Source: Lama guanicoe (lineage: Eukaryota). Taken from it: DNA of 64,000 nucleotides. A program made the translations under genes and the position numbers. Below, piece after piece: positions 50,976-64,000 of the stretch. Positions within the stretch are counted from its first letter, which is position 1, and every line of letters begins with the position of its first letter. The DNA is taken from positions 9,331,186 through 9,395,185 of the forward strand of contig MU054323.1 in NCBI GenBank assembly GCA_013239625.1, written 5' to 3'. Under the pieces are notes generated by a model. It saw nothing but the letters and a program-made list of their open reading frames with translations, was not told the DNA's origin and did not search any database.

Positions 50976-51849
50976 GCCATGCTAGAACTATTGAATGACT
51001 CTGGATGCATCTCAGCCTCTAAGATCATAAGGCTAAATCGGGCTTTGATCGAAACTAGAAGGCCTAGGAAGTCTTTAACCCTTAGTGAATCCATTCTGAT
51101 CCTGTCTCGGATCTTAATCTGAAAAACTCTTATAAAGACCAAATTCCCAGCATTTCTAGGAATTTTAAGAGAAGTCAATATATGGGCTTTTCAGTTCAGT
51201 CCAGATGTAAAGGTGCTCAGGATTCCCAGAGGGAGTCCTAGAACTGAGGAAGTCTTCTGATTTCAGCAGATTGTCTTGGGCCGGAAATTGGACACATTGC
51301 AGAGCAAAGTAGGATCTGGAGGATCTGCCCATGATCTGGAGCCTTTCTGAAGATCTGAAAGGAGGAATTTGCACTTAATCACTGTTCCTCTACATAATCA
51401 CTAGTGCTTGCATACAGGACAACTAGCAAGTTTCAGCTAGTTGCAGAGTGAAGAGAGGGTCTATATAGACCCTGACCTTGGGCCCAACGGCTCTGAACTC
51501 AAAGATACGGCAGGCAGGCCCCAGAGCAGCTTTGCCCTGCCACGCCCGGCATGGAGCCTCTCCTCCTGCCAGCTCTTTGGAGCCCTGTCTTTTCTTAGAA
51601 ATTAAAGTCACTTCCTTCTTCATTTTAACAAATCACTTTTTAACTTTCTTTTATGTCATTTTCTTAAGTTCACATCTTTGTGATACATAAAACCCTCCTG
51701 AAACAGATCAAGAACTTTAAAAATATTATTTAGATTTTTTTGCCACCTCCCTTTTTAGCTTTTGTTTTTAAAGAAAAAAAGACAAGTGGCAAGAGAGACA
51801 TTAAAAATGGATCATTTTTCCCATTAGGAAATTCTTTCGGTAATATGAC

Positions 51850-52032
51850 ACATTTTCTAACCTGGATGTTACACTCGTTTAGTTGTGTGGTCCTGCCCTG
51901 CTCAGTGCGGGACTTTAGCATCCTTAGCCCTGCCTGCTGCAGGAATAACCCATCAGTAATTAAGACCACTTAATATGTCCCCATACATTTTCATATGCCC
52001 CCTTGGGAGGTGCTGTCACTCCAATTGAGAAG
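51850..52032. mobile_element. MER3/MER20-like hAT element
   Basis: gttgtgtggtcctgccctg...ggactttagcatcc...catacattttcatatgcccccttgggagg...ttgagaa. Confidence 0.6.
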
Positions 52033-54077
52033 GAAAGTAATAACTTTTTTCCTTTGAGTTCCAGATTGTAAACTGAATACCTTGTTTGGTTGTTTATTTG
52101 AGAATCTTATTTGTATTTTTAGCAGAGATTTCTAGGAATCCCAGAAGTACTTTACTCTTATTCTGGGGTTGTCTGGCCTGTTACCTTCAGATCAGGATCT
52201 CATCTCTTGGGACGTGGCATCTGCAGGGACAGTGTCACATAGCTCAGGCTGGTACGTTTTAGGTTTGGCTTTCCCCTTTCCTGAATCGGGCTGCACAGAG
52301 GCATCTATGTTGTTGCCACAGTAAGGTTACCAGGACTGGTTTTTAAGCTTACTTATTTTTCAAGTATGGGCAGCACCCACTAATAAGTTACATTTCAAAT
52401 TGTATGTGTCTGTCGATTATTTGGACTCTGGGACATGTTTTGCCATGGAAACCATTCAGTACATAGTCAGGTTACCAAGGAAACTGGATGTACTCAAGCC
52501 ATAGTGCCTGCCATGTATATCACCACATTTTGAGGGGGTGGGACGAAGTCCTTTTTCTTTCTCTTCAGTGGCTGTCAGTTGTACAGCTGGTCTTGTTGAG
52601 GGGATGGCGGGGAGCCAGCAGTGATGGAGTCACAGCAGATTGTTTAGGCTCGGTTCATCCAGTAGAAGTCCACAAGCAAGAGGCCCCCAAACAAAGCTCA
52701 GGCATGTCTTCTCTCTGCAAAGTATAAATGCAGAGCAAATAGCAGCTGAGCTGTCACTCAGTTCTGGGTTGTTATCTGGAAGAGTGGTGAGCAACTTTCC
52801 TTTTTGCTTATAAAACCCATTCCACATCCCTGAGCCAGGAGAACTGGAGCCAGAGTGAACACAGAGCGGATGGAGAACTTTCCTTTCTTCTTTATGTTTC
52901 TGAGTATCCTTGCGATAAATGGTTGTCTCCGTATATTGCCTATGGGGACCCTTTGTCCCCCAGAGAAAGCCAGCCGGCTCAAACCAGACATGCGGCCTGT
53001 CCACAAAAGCTTATTACCCCATGATCCAGATTCTTGAGTGTTCATCGCAAGGCATTTCCCTGTTGTTTGTCACTTATTACAGTGAAGATAGGAATTGAAA
53101 GACCCCCTAGACCTGGTGTACTGTTCTAAGGACAGGAATGGTAAGAGTGGTATGGTTGTCGTGTTTTCATTGTCTTTTTTGAAACCAAGCTGAATATAAC
53201 TTAAGTGTTTATGGTGCCTGTTTATCACCTGCCAGTCCCCTGGTGGCTTAGACTTCAAGTTCTGGGTACACAGCTCCCAGCCCTTTGGTGTTACTTCCTT
53301 GGCATCTTCACTTGGTGTCCTCTAGTCAGGGTGATGGCTTCCATCTGCCTGTCTTGTCATCACCCTTCGGGGCTTCCTTATTTTAGTCTTTTATTTCCCA
53401 TCCCTGCGTGCTGGCTGAGTAGCAGTATTTTCGCTCTCCGTATATATTGCACTTCCTACTTTGGAAGTATGTTCTCCGCTATCATCTCTGCAGGCTAGAT
53501 AGGACAGGTGTTGCCGTCCACGTTTTCCAGGGTTCAGGTCAATACACAGATACCTTGAAGGGCTTGCCCATCTCTCTCGCCCCCTCTTCCGGCAGGTCTG
53601 GAGCTAGAACTTGGAGCTTCCCGGGCCCAGGCGTCTCGTGCCCTGCCCACTGCAGTGCTGCAGGCCTGTGCTGTCGCTGCTTCCTTTAGCTCGGCTTATT
53701 CCTTGCGGTTAGCCCTCTTCAGATTTTCACTTCGGTGCTAAACATCTCTTGTAGAAAACTAAGCTTCCTTCTCTGGCTGCCCTAGTCAGTGTTCTCGGCA
53801 CTTTGGCCCTGGCATACCTCTTACTTCAGCAAATTGGCACCCTCGGACAAGCTCCTGCCGAAGCACATTTCTTAGTGAATTGGTACCTTTGCATATTTTA
53901 TAAAGTGAATTAATGCCTCCAGGTATTCATCTTGATGGTTAATAATAATATTTCGTTTTATATAGCCTCTTTTCATCAGAAGCATATATTATCTTCCATT
54001 ATGTAGGGGAGGCTAACTTGTTAAATTACTTGTCTAAAATCTTAACAATAATAGCAGAAGAGGGGAGAAGGGAACTC

Positions 54078-54298
54078 ATTTCTTTGAGGAGCTAATGTGA
54101 ACCAGACACCGAACTAGGTGCTTTAAACATGTAACCTCATTTTGTCCTGGTAAAAGCCCTATGATGCTTTATATTTTACAGGTGAAGGAACTGTAGTTCA
54201 GACAAGCTGAGTAACTCACATTGCGAGTAAAAAGTAGGGGGAAGGTTAAAATCAGCCTTCTCTGATTCCGAGGATCATAGTCTATCTACTACGCCACA
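54078..54298 (-). mobile_element. MIR SINE
   Basis: ctaggtgctttaaacatgtaacctcatt...attttacaggtgaaggaactg. Confidence 0.7.
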
Positions 54299-55348
54299 TC
54301 CCTTCCACTTGGGCAAAGGGCGCCGTTTGCAGGGCTTATAGTAACAGACAAAGCGTGCCCTGGACGCGGGGTGACCCGGTGTGGAAGGAGGAAAGCTCGA
54401 GGACTGCTGTTTCTTTTTCCTAAAACCACCAGAGAGGAGTGAACTCACTGCTTTCTCTTTCCTCTAAAGATTGTGGCTCTGTTGACAGATGCTCCGATGT
54501 AGGTTTGGGCTTATAACTTTGTTGAACTATATATAAGGTAAACTAATGGAGAGCACTCTATAAGTGGCTTAGTGACTGTTAAAGGAGGGCCCGTTCGAGG
54601 TCATCACTCATGCTAAGCAGTTAGAAAGCGGCTTGGAAAGAGTGGTGCTTCTCTCTTGGAAAGACAGTGAGACCTGGGGAGAGAGGACCAGCCTGGAAGG
54701 CAGGAGTACCGTGTTGTTGCCCTGGTTTCTGCCTCTCACTGGAGCCATGGGACCTAGGTTAGTAAGTCACCTTGCCTGTCAGAGTTCCACTTCCCTTCCC
54801 TTTAAAACATGGGAACTGAGCTGGATGGCCCTCCCAGCAGCTGCAGTTCTTTGTTTTTTCGATCATCCATAGAAATTTCTTTATCATATTAGTGGGAGAA
54901 GAATCATTAGAAAACAAGGCTGTGAGAATGATGAAAAACCTCTTACTATTCAACATCCTTGCCAATTATGGTTCTTGATAGGGAACTTGGCATGAGTAGC
55001 TTCCAGGGGCCTGACTCAAAGAAAACAGGGGGCCACGGTAACGCACCTATCAGATTTGTGGGTGAGATAGCTATGGATTAGTGAGTGCCTGGTGAATAGT
55101 GGTTAGGGTCCTTAAAGATCCCTGTGATTTAGGGTTTTGCTTTGTAAGTTCTAAAGTAGGCATATCTGAGGTTTTGCAGTCTCTCCTGGACGCCGTGTTT
55201 GCAGGTCTTACTGTTGACTGCAGAGGACTTGGGATCTTTATGCCTGTGTGCTCCAGGCAGATCGGCTGCCCCTGAGGAGTGAAATAACTAAGAAAGAAAG
55301 ATAAAGGCATACTTTTCCACTTGACGGTCAGATTTTTCTACAATAATT

Positions 55349-55387
55349 CTTAAATAGTGAAGTAAAACTAATAACTACTTACTAATA
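55349..55387 (+). repeat. Copy 1 of an exact 39-bp dispersed direct repeat
   Basis: cttaaatagtgaagtaaaactaataactacttactaata, identical to 59165-59203. Confidence 0.95.
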
Positions 55388-57351
55388 CTTTAATGACAGA
55401 TATGAGAAAAACTATGATTTAGGGCAAGATAGTTAAAAATAGTTGGTACAAGTTGGTCTCTTCCTTATTAATAAATGAAAATTTTTAACATTTGCTGTTT
55501 AAACTACCTCCAGCTTTACCTAAACAGAAAATTCAATTCAAATCCTTTGTTGGAGAGGAGAGCTTCCGAGTTTTCTTGGAACCTCGGGCCCCTTTTGGTC
55601 TCAGCGGCCTTCCTCCCTTCTCGTGGTCGTAAACACTTGCATGGCTCACGACCAGATGACTTACACAGCTCTGTGAGTGAGTGATAACCTAATCCTCCCA
55701 GGTGCTGCTTTTAAAAGCGTAATCCAAATGAATCGATCATGCTGGACTCTGTAAGAGTAAACTCGCTGAGTAGGCATGTTTTCCTGAGGCGTTTTGGCTA
55801 CAGCAGACCTCCCCCAGCATTACTCCTCTGCGTGCTCAAAAGAGCCACATTTCTGTTTAGCAACACACCTCTTAAAGGTTTCAAACTCTTGCTTAAAATT
55901 TTAGAATGAAGATCCACAGACCCCTCAGGGCTTGCCCCTCTGCACTCTTCCCTGGCATCATGGCATTGTCACATCAATGCAGTGGGGGGCTGTGGAGCTT
56001 TCTTGCCGCGATTCAAATGCTTTCCTGTCTCAGGGTTTCAGGACTCTTGCTGTGCACTAGGCAACTTCTCACCTCTGGCCAGTGGCCTTGATACCAGCTT
56101 TGATTTCTTTCTAGGCCAACCCTTCCCCAGGGAAGAGGTCCCTGATCTTCAGAGGGTCTTCCCACTCCTGCAAGTGTTTGGTTTTAGCTAGGAGAGGGGA
56201 CGTTGCTGGAGCTGAGTACAAGGAGGAGCTGGGAGGCTTCCCTGCTTTACAGGGAAGGTGACTGTGGTGAGTGGTTGGGGAGGCAGGACCAGGGACAGGG
56301 AAGAAATTGGAGAGAATCAACAGTTGGAGAGACCCCGGGATGAATGAAGCTGCTCACTCATTCTGAATTCACGCTGTAACACCAACAGAAATATCAGTAT
56401 TTTGGTTTGTAAAAATAGTATAATACCAGAATACCAAAAACCAGCATTGTAATCACGAATAATTGTAATCTCTTGCCGGGTAAGGAAGGGAAGGCTTCAC
56501 AGAAGAGGTGTGATTTGAGCTGAGTCTTAAAGGACTCACCAGCTACTAGCATTGAGCCCTAATTACAGATCAGTTGATTTGGCTGGTGACTACACCGAGA
56601 GTTTCACATAAGTTACATGCTTTTCCTTGTCAGTAGTTCAATCTGTAATTTATTTGGGGGGTGAGTGTGTGTAGACAGTTCTTCTTTTCTTCAAAGCCAT
56701 CCTCTGCTTCATTCAGCTACATCTCTTCTATCCCTACTTGTCTTTGTGATAAAAGCTTCCAGTAATCACTTGAGCAGTTTTGTGTGTTATTCTTAGTGGG
56801 TAACACTTTGATACATTAACACCTCATAACATTTCACATCGAGTTGTTTTTTTCTCCCCCATGGCTTTAGCATTTAAGAATGTAAAGACACATTAGGATT
56901 TTGGATCCCGTTTCTTGGATGCTCCTCTTTTCAGAGGCTTATTCACAAATGCCTTTTTGCTCACTTTTTTAACTTTACTTTTTCTTTGATGGGCATTAAA
57001 TTGGTCCATTGTCACACCTGTTCTAGGAGGTGCTAGGAGGTGTATTTGAGAATGCAAAGCATGTAAATCACTTTTTCTGTCTATAAGGCTAGTCATCTGC
57101 AGTATTCTCTTCATATACGCGTGGATTTCTTGATGTGGCGTTTCTGGAATGGTTACTCATTTCAGCTTCTTTCTGGTCAAGACTTCAGAAATACTAGTCT
57201 AAATCTCAGCCACTTGAATTGCTGTTTAATTGAAACTGTGTTAAAAAGTAATAATACTTTCCAGTTATTGTTGCTGTCATTGAGACCTCTTAAATCTCTG
57301 TTGAACGTGTTGAATCAGAATTTTACTGTTTTATGAAATGGAACCCCAAAG

Positions 57352-57512
57352 CAATACTTCTCAAAAATGTGGTCAGGAGACCACTTGTTTATAGTATACA
57401 TTTCTTGAACCCGTCCCAGACTTACTGAATCAGAATTTTGAGGGCTCAGAAATCTGCATTTTTAAAAGCTTTGTAGGTGGTGATGTGCACACAGAGTTTG
57501 AGAACTTCTGCC
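57352..57512. mobile_element. MER5-type hAT-Charlie DNA transposon
   Basis: cttctcaaaaatgtggtc...cccagacttactgaatcagaa...aatctgcattttta...agtttgagaacttctg. Confidence 0.8.
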
Positions 57513-58569
57513 TTGAAGTTGGATCAGCATTTATTTGGGATTTATTACCTAATTTTCTCCAGGACATGCATGATTGAGTTCTGGACTTTTTTTCTCTATA
57601 GACTCTCTTTGATTTGAATTCTTTGAAGCACACTCCTCTGAAGGAGTAGGGTCATACTTTCCCTGGTATTCAATAGCATTACAGAGAAAGTTAGGCTCCG
57701 ACAGTAATATCTAAACCCAAGTCACTGGACCCATCCTCTGAGGCCTCTTGTATATGGAGCTGCAGAAATAGATGAGCCAGCGGACCTACGCACATGGGAT
57801 GCTTGGAAATCACCTTCCTGGGTCACACAGGACTAAGTAGTATATTAGACATCAAAATATAGCTGGTCTAAGCTCTGGAGCCTTATAATAATAGTAATTA
57901 ACATAATGATACTTTGTATTTCTCAAGTGTCTTTAAACTGAAGGCCTTTAAATGACATATTAAATGTGGTATGCAACACCTTGGCAAGAGAGGTCAGTGT
58001 TAAGTTTCTCATTTTATAGATTCAAAATGTGAAACTGAGTAAGAAAGTTAAGCTTTGACACCTCTCTTGGATAATGACACATCCAACTTGGAGAAACAGG
58101 AATATTTCAAAGGAAACATTTGTGATTTCGGGGGGGAGTTGGGAGAATGGTGGTGGCAGGGTGGTAGCTATTTTGGTGTTCCAGGGTATATCCTGAATAA
58201 AAACAACCGTTTTTGGTTACTTTAATCAATCCCTTTAATAATTAGAGGTGCTTACCTGGAAAATACCATCATTTTATTAGAATTTCTGTGCATTTTGTAA
58301 ATCTCACATTCCTTCAGGCTTCTTCATCTGCCTTTCCTCTGCTGGGCCTTCTTTATTTTTTAATTGTTTATAGAGTCAGAGGATGTTAAAAAAAAACAAA
58401 TAAACCCTTCTAGAAGGGGCCTTAAGGATCGTATCATCAGGCCTCTTTGTTTTATAGGACAATATACCTGACACTAGAAAGGTTAAAGAAAAAACTGAGC
58501 CAGAATGGCCCCAAAAATTTGAGTATGGGAGATACGAACATCTCAGTTCTACTCTCTTAGCAAATCCCA

Positions 58570-58745
58570 GTTGTGCAATCCAGTGTTTATCAGCTGCAGT
58601 CACCATGTTTACATAGACCCTCAGACCTCACTCATCTTCTAGCTGAGACTTTGTACCCTTTTACCAGCCTCTCCCTAACCTCCCACCCCCACCTCTAGCC
58701 CCCGGCAATCACTTTCCTACTTTGTTTCCAGAGTTCGTACATTTC
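58570..58745 (-). mobile_element. L1MA9/10-like 3' UTR fragment
   Basis: gtcaccatgtttacatagaccctcagacctcactcatctt...ctttgtacccttttaccagcctctccc...ccccggcaatcact. Confidence 0.7.
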
Positions 58746-59164
58746 TGTGTTTTATTACATATATTTTCTCAAATGAGCTGGAATGTGTATTAAACGAATA
58801 CAGTTTAGAGTTGAGAATCAGTTCAGGTCCTTCAGAGACCCCGTGTAGTTGTCACCATTTTTTCTTCCAGGTTTTCTTTCTTTTATATTCTTTTTATAAC
58901 TTCGACTTTTGAGCCTGTAGTACTTCCTTGCTGTACTGCCTTTTAAATTTTCTCTCATTTGCTTTTCCTGTGTTCTTCCTATCATCTCCCTTCTCTCTCT
59001 TCTGCTTTTTGAATGGTTGCATCCTAAGTAATTAAATATCCCAGAAAAATAAAATTGAAAAAGTTTAGGAATTAGAAAAAGCAGTCTTAATTAAAGAAAA
59101 ATGAAAAAGTACTGGGAGACTTCTGGAATATTTGAGTTTTTTTCTTTTTTAAGCACTTCAACAG

Positions 59165-59203
59165 CTTAAATAGTGAAGTAAAACTAATAACTACTTACTA
59201 ATA
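59165..59203 (+). repeat. Copy 2 of the exact 39-bp dispersed direct repeat
   Basis: Identical to 55349-55387. Confidence 0.95.
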
Positions 59204-60209
59204 AATCATTAGTAGATTTAAATCATTCTTTTTAATTCTTAACAAACAGAAACTCCTGAAATAAATCATTCTTTATTATCTCAGTCTTCAGCCTCCATTA
59301 GCCCAGCTGCAATTGTGTACATAACTAGCACTGCTCTTGGGTGATTTCTTGTGACTTTTGCCTTACAAATAAAATGAAGAACAGTTCCCAAGATAACAGA
59401 TTAAGAATTTGAAGAGAAGATAGGAACTGTATTCATCAAGTAATTGACCAATGGACCGACATCATCTCTGTGTACTGTGCTTAATACAGGCTGCTGAGAA
59501 TCCTGGTGATTTATGCAGCCATGTTCTTCATCTTCACACCAGGATGACTGAGCTAAAGCTACACAGAAAATATATAAGTACTTGGGGAAAATGGAAAGGG
59601 CCATACAGAAGTCTTGTATTAGTGATTTCTCATTTGTAACAATTCGGTTCTATAAATATTGAGAATCTAAAAAATAAATATTAGTGTACTGAAGGCCAAG
59701 TGCTGGGGATCCTGAGCTATAGGGAGAAAGTGGAAACAGTGAGGAAACAATATTTATTCTTCCCTCTGGGGAAGAAAAGTAGAGGGACAGAAATCCTAAC
59801 CACATAGCTCCCCATCCCAACCACCAGATGGGGCTGTCAGCCGCAGGCAGCTCAGTTGCATTCTGCCAGGCTTCCAATGTGGACGGCAAGGGGAGGAAGA
59901 AGTGTGGAACTGGCCGTCGTATGTATGGATAATTCATACCACGAGATATCTGTATGTTAGGCAGAGCATTTACCTGAATCCTCTAGATAACTTTACTGTT
60001 TTTACCTCTTCCATCCCAGAAGAAAATTAGAGTGATCTGATGTGATTTGTTTATGAAATAATGCTAGTTATTATTAACACTTCCTTTTCTGATGGTTACA
60101 GATTTATTTTGGGCACAAGTACAGATAGATTTTTCTAAGTATATGTACCTACATTTAAGAGACAGCATGAGAAAACTTATTTCCTACATTTTCCCCCTGT
60201 AATCTTGCT

Positions 60210-60530
60210 TTCCTAGTCAGTTTTTACCCTTCCTTCCAGATCCAGATCCAATGCCACCTCTTCTCCAGAACCTTTCTTGGTACTGTTCTACCAGACAGAG
60301 TTAAGAATACTTTCTTTCATACTCCTACATGGCTCTTTAAGCTCTGTAATAGTTCTTATCTTATAGAATTAAAGTGTTTTTCAACTTATCTGTCTCTGCC
60401 ACTAGTTGGAAAATTCTAGAGACCATATATTATTTATATTTCTATACCCACTGCTGATACAAAACCAAATACAAAGCCTGGGAGGTATCAGTCACAGAAT
60501 AAGTAAGTTTTACATATTTGTGAATTGTAG
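60210..60530 (+). mobile_element. L2 3' fragment
   Basis: ccttccttccagatccagatccaatgccacctcttctccagaacctttc...tgtctctgccactag...atatttgtgaat. Confidence 0.6.
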
Positions 60531-62904
60531 TTCTTCATAGACTGTTTGAAGTATATTACATTATTAGTAGTTACAGAGCAGTCTTTCCCAGGATTGTAAA
60601 TAAGCTATCAGGAGTCATCTTACAGAGCAATTAATTTTAGAAGACTTTTAGAAAGAAGTATTTACCTTAACGGGGAAGGGGTTATAGGATTAGTTCCAAG
60701 GACCACACTATGCCTACGGCTTATCTTTTCACACTAGAGGTCCACTCCCAGTGCAGCAGATTTATGGAATTTTAAGACTTTACTTGGAATTTTAGTTTTG
60801 TGACTTATTTGGGATGCATTTTTTATTACTTTGATTGAAAAAAATATTTTCTTTAACTGAGTTTAAGTAGTCTAGGGACATCTTTGAGTAAGTAGGCCAA
60901 ATTTGACTCAATATTATAAATTTTTTAATGGAACTTAATGGGAAAATGTGATTCACTCCATTCAATTCAATTGATAGAATTATTTTTCATAGCTGACTTC
61001 TTTAAAATGAATTATGTATTTCTCTTTAGAAAACAAATGCATTGGTCTGTAATGTTTAGATTTCCATGAGAATGAAAATAGTAAGCTTTTAACTTAAAGA
61101 AAATTTTAGGTCTTTTTTTTCTTATAAAAATGACGTTCCAATTATTTCCCTGTGTATGGAAAATTTCCATTTTTCTAATCTTGACTGGAAAAGTTTCTCT
61201 TGGATAATTTAGAAAACTAAAAAAATGTATTTCTTCATCTTCACTGAACATTTATCAGGTGCCTGTTATGGAAAGGTCATATTACAATCCCTTGGAAAAA
61301 CCCCACTTACCCAAAGGTGAGACTCTTGGCAACCCCCTGGAAAAGAACTTTGATCCCTGGACTCGGGAAAAAAGGGAGCCTCAGTGTTACAGGACCTATG
61401 TTAAAGACTCACTCTGGTTTTGTTTTATACTGACCTGGCAAACTTGGCTAGTCAATTTTTATACCCACAGCATATGTGAAGCAACATATAAGAAAATAGG
61501 TAGGCTGCTATGGGCATACTTTGGTAGCAGCAAAAAATATAGCTTTAAAAAGCAGAAAAAAACCCAAATTACAATGTACTAATTGACAGCCCCAGTGTTG
61601 GTTCTGCATCATTAATAGAGTTTGTACCAAAATCGATGAATTCTGTTTAGCAAATTATTTAAGGACGTGAGCTGGGGGATCAGACAGGCCTGGGTTCTAA
61701 TCTCAGCTACAGTATCTACTAATGACATAATCAGGAGTGATTTACCCAACCATTCAATCTGTACCCTTCTTCTGTGTCAAAAATATCATGAAAACAATCT
61801 AAAAACAAACTGAAAAGTTATCTGTCACAAATATAACGAAAGTTAACATCATTTCTGTATAAATTGATCAGAAGAACACTTAAGATCTCTTTGTAAAAGA
61901 ATAAAGAATAATATCCTTCAATTTACAAAAGAAGAAATAAGACAGGTAACAGATACAGAACAATGTTCACCCTCGCGTAATAATCCAAGAATTCAAAATA
62001 AAATCAGCACAATACTTGAGTCAGGTTTGAGTCAACAGGACAGTAAAACTATACAAATAAATTCAAAATGAAGAAGCTCACGTAGGGAGGAAAGACAGAT
62101 CCAAAGGAAAACCAATCATGACTGCTTATATAACGTTTATCATGACGGGAAAGTTAAAAAGTGCTGATACACTGTTCTTAAGAAAGTAGCTGCCACTTAA
62201 TGCCTCACTGTGTGGCCCTGAAACTCTCAGCGGCAAAGGTGGTTTCTGGAAAGGGATTCCTTGTCGCCATTCTGGAGCCCTGTGCTACTGCTGTTTGACC
62301 CCCGAAACAGTTTTCAGGAGTGTTCACCTCTTAGGACTGGCAATATTCACACTTACATTTGTACCCTCCATTTCTTGGACCTTTCTACTCTCCGTCTCCT
62401 TCATTATTTGGAAGCCAAATTCTTAAGCTTTCAACATTATAAAAAGGCAGCAGCGTAACACAGCTTGAGACGTCTGCCCTCCTTCTTGATCCTACTTGCC
62501 TGATGCAGCTTTGCCTGCATTATGATTATTTATTATTGCATGACTGACACTTTGACTTTTTAAATAGGGATTGTGGGAGGTTTTTTAAATAGAAAAGAAG
62601 TTGGCAGAGTTGGGGAATTTTTGTTTATTCTCATTAATGCCTTTGTCTTTTCTCTGTTTCAAGTGATCACCTGTGGTTTAAGCTGTCTGGCAGCCTCAAT
62701 CCTGCTTTAGTTCATGCCTGGAAATTTTACTGGTATGGAAAGCATACTTTGGAGCTTCAGTACCATGAACAGAATTCTCTTTTCAGTTGAATGGCTGAGG
62801 GAGAAAGCATTTGATCTAAAATTCCTATATTCTGAGTGAATTGATTTATGTCAAAGCATTTCAGGAGTTTCTGTTTGTTAAGAATTAAAAAAAAAAGTAT
62901 AGTC

Positions 62905-63400
62905 CTTTATTCATTTACCAGTTTTTTGAGTGCCTGTCACACGCCAGGCACTCTACCGACACTATTTGGGTGTACTTAGGGAGTTGTGGAGTAAGGATGC
63001 AGATGCCAGACCCTCAAGAATACAGTTACTGGTAGAGACGAGCACAGAAGTAACTAGCTGAACAGTGTGACGGATCCTGTGCTGGAGGTGTGCACACGAG
63101 CCACGGGAGCCCAGCTGAGAGAGCGGTGAGCTTTGTCTGCTCCAGGGCCCCAGGACTCACAGAAGAGGTGGCTCCTGATTAGGACACTGAAGGAAGAGTA
63201 ACACTCTTCGACGAGGTGAAGGAGAGGAGGGGCATTCCAGACAGAAGGGACATGTGAAGGAGGCCCCGGGGCAAGAGTGTGCCTGCATTTTTGGGCACTG
63301 TGACGGGACCAGTATGGATGTTCAGTCACAGGTGATCCTGGCTGTAGCTCAGTCAGGTGCCAGAGTTCAGTTGGGTAAAAGGTAACGATCCAGAAGGGTT
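62905..63400 (-). mobile_element. L2 fragment
   Basis: ttattcatt...ttgagtgcctgtcacacgccaggcact...gggcattccagacagaaggga. Confidence 0.7.
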
Positions 63401-64000
63401 TCACATCCTCTCAAAAACTCAGAAGATGCCAGGTGTTTAGTATGTTCTCTTTTGCTGGGCCCCAGGCACAGAGCCTGCCGTGTGTTTGGGCAGTAGCCAA
63501 GGCCCTCCAGGCCCCTCCGCCACCTGGCCAGCCGTGTCAGTGTCTCTCTTCACACATGGTGCTGACAGCCTGTCCCCCATGCATTCAGCCGCAGTGCTGG
63601 GCTGCAGAAGCTACAATTTAAAGGAGCCCACACACGTGCACCTACACACAGTCACCACCCACACAGCCACACAAATGTGCTTTTTTGTTTTCCCTTCCAT
63701 TATTCCTAATTAAAAGTTGAACTCCTGGGAGGTACTTTCTAAATATTTCATGGCTTTTTGGGGGGTTGGGGGGAGGCACAAGCGCTAGCATCTGGCACAT
63801 GCCGATATTACATGCACGTTTATCCAGACAACTGAATTAAGGGAGCATGGGAAGGGACATAATAAATTGTTTTTTTTAAAAAACCCCAGTAGGTAGGTGA
63901 GACTTCGTAATGAAATAGTGAGTGTGGGCAGAGGAGTGAAGGATGTGATTTGGTGGGTGTTGGTGACAGTGGTGAATAGGAAAGTTTGGAAAGTACAGAA

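Larger units (their letters stand above)
36976..64000 (+). other. BABAM2: BABAM2 intron downstream of the exon (5' part; continues beyond the window)
   Basis: Starts with GTAAGT; I did not see the next exon peptide (ALGGSSALHIPAFPGGG) in the window. Confidence 0.85.

Noticed and set aside
49712..52032. Idea that one MER20 was split by a 2.1-kb L1-plus-transduction insertion
   Set aside because: The 51850-52032 element repeats the same internal segment already present at 49750-49830, so it is an independent MER3/MER20-like copy, not the missing half.
53380..54400. Possible CpG island or promoter
   Set aside because: CpG enrichment is mild and patchy and partly lies within MIR-like sequence; by eye it does not reach island length or density.
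64..63713. The many 60-145 aa ORFs in the supplied track
   Set aside because: They show no recognisable protein similarity, many use non-ATG starts, and many overlap repeats or microsatellites. Only 33887-34126 (L1 ORF2 remnant) is meaningful, and the true BABAM2 exon is not in the track.
1..64000. CRISPR arrays, prokaryotic operons, rRNA, NUMT or processed pseudogenes
   Set aside because: None seen; composition and repeat content are those of an ordinary mammalian intron.

Overview
Mammalian, CpG-poor genomic DNA that is almost entirely intronic. One real coding exon is present, and the supplied ORF track misses it: a 110-nt exon at 36866-36975 (+) encoding [36 protein letters not shown](H). 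I recognise this peptide as the middle of BABAM2 (BRE/BRCC45), a subunit of the BRCA1-A and BRISC complexes. The rest of the window is the two very large flanking introns. They are filled with ancient repeats (MIR, L2, L3/CR1, L1M, MER5/MER20/MER3/Charlie hAT elements, an MLT1 LTR), younger artiodactyl-type L1 3' ends, one solo ERV1-type LTR with a 4-bp TSD, and two tRNA-Ala(AGC)-derived SINEs. The SINEs look like the camelid vic-1 family, so the source is probably a camelid (inference). The other listed ORFs are spurious or L1 ORF2 remnants. I see no convincing novel gene system. The most unusual structures are: an exact 39-bp duplication 3.8 kb apart with a fold-back scar, a twin-primed (5'-inverted) L1, a SINE-on-L1 stacked insertion with three copies of the target site, a perfect 15-bp-arm palindrome, and a near-perfect ETS-CRE composite motif. 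Repeat family names come from my recall of consensus sequences, not from a database search, and boundaries of old repeats are approximate.
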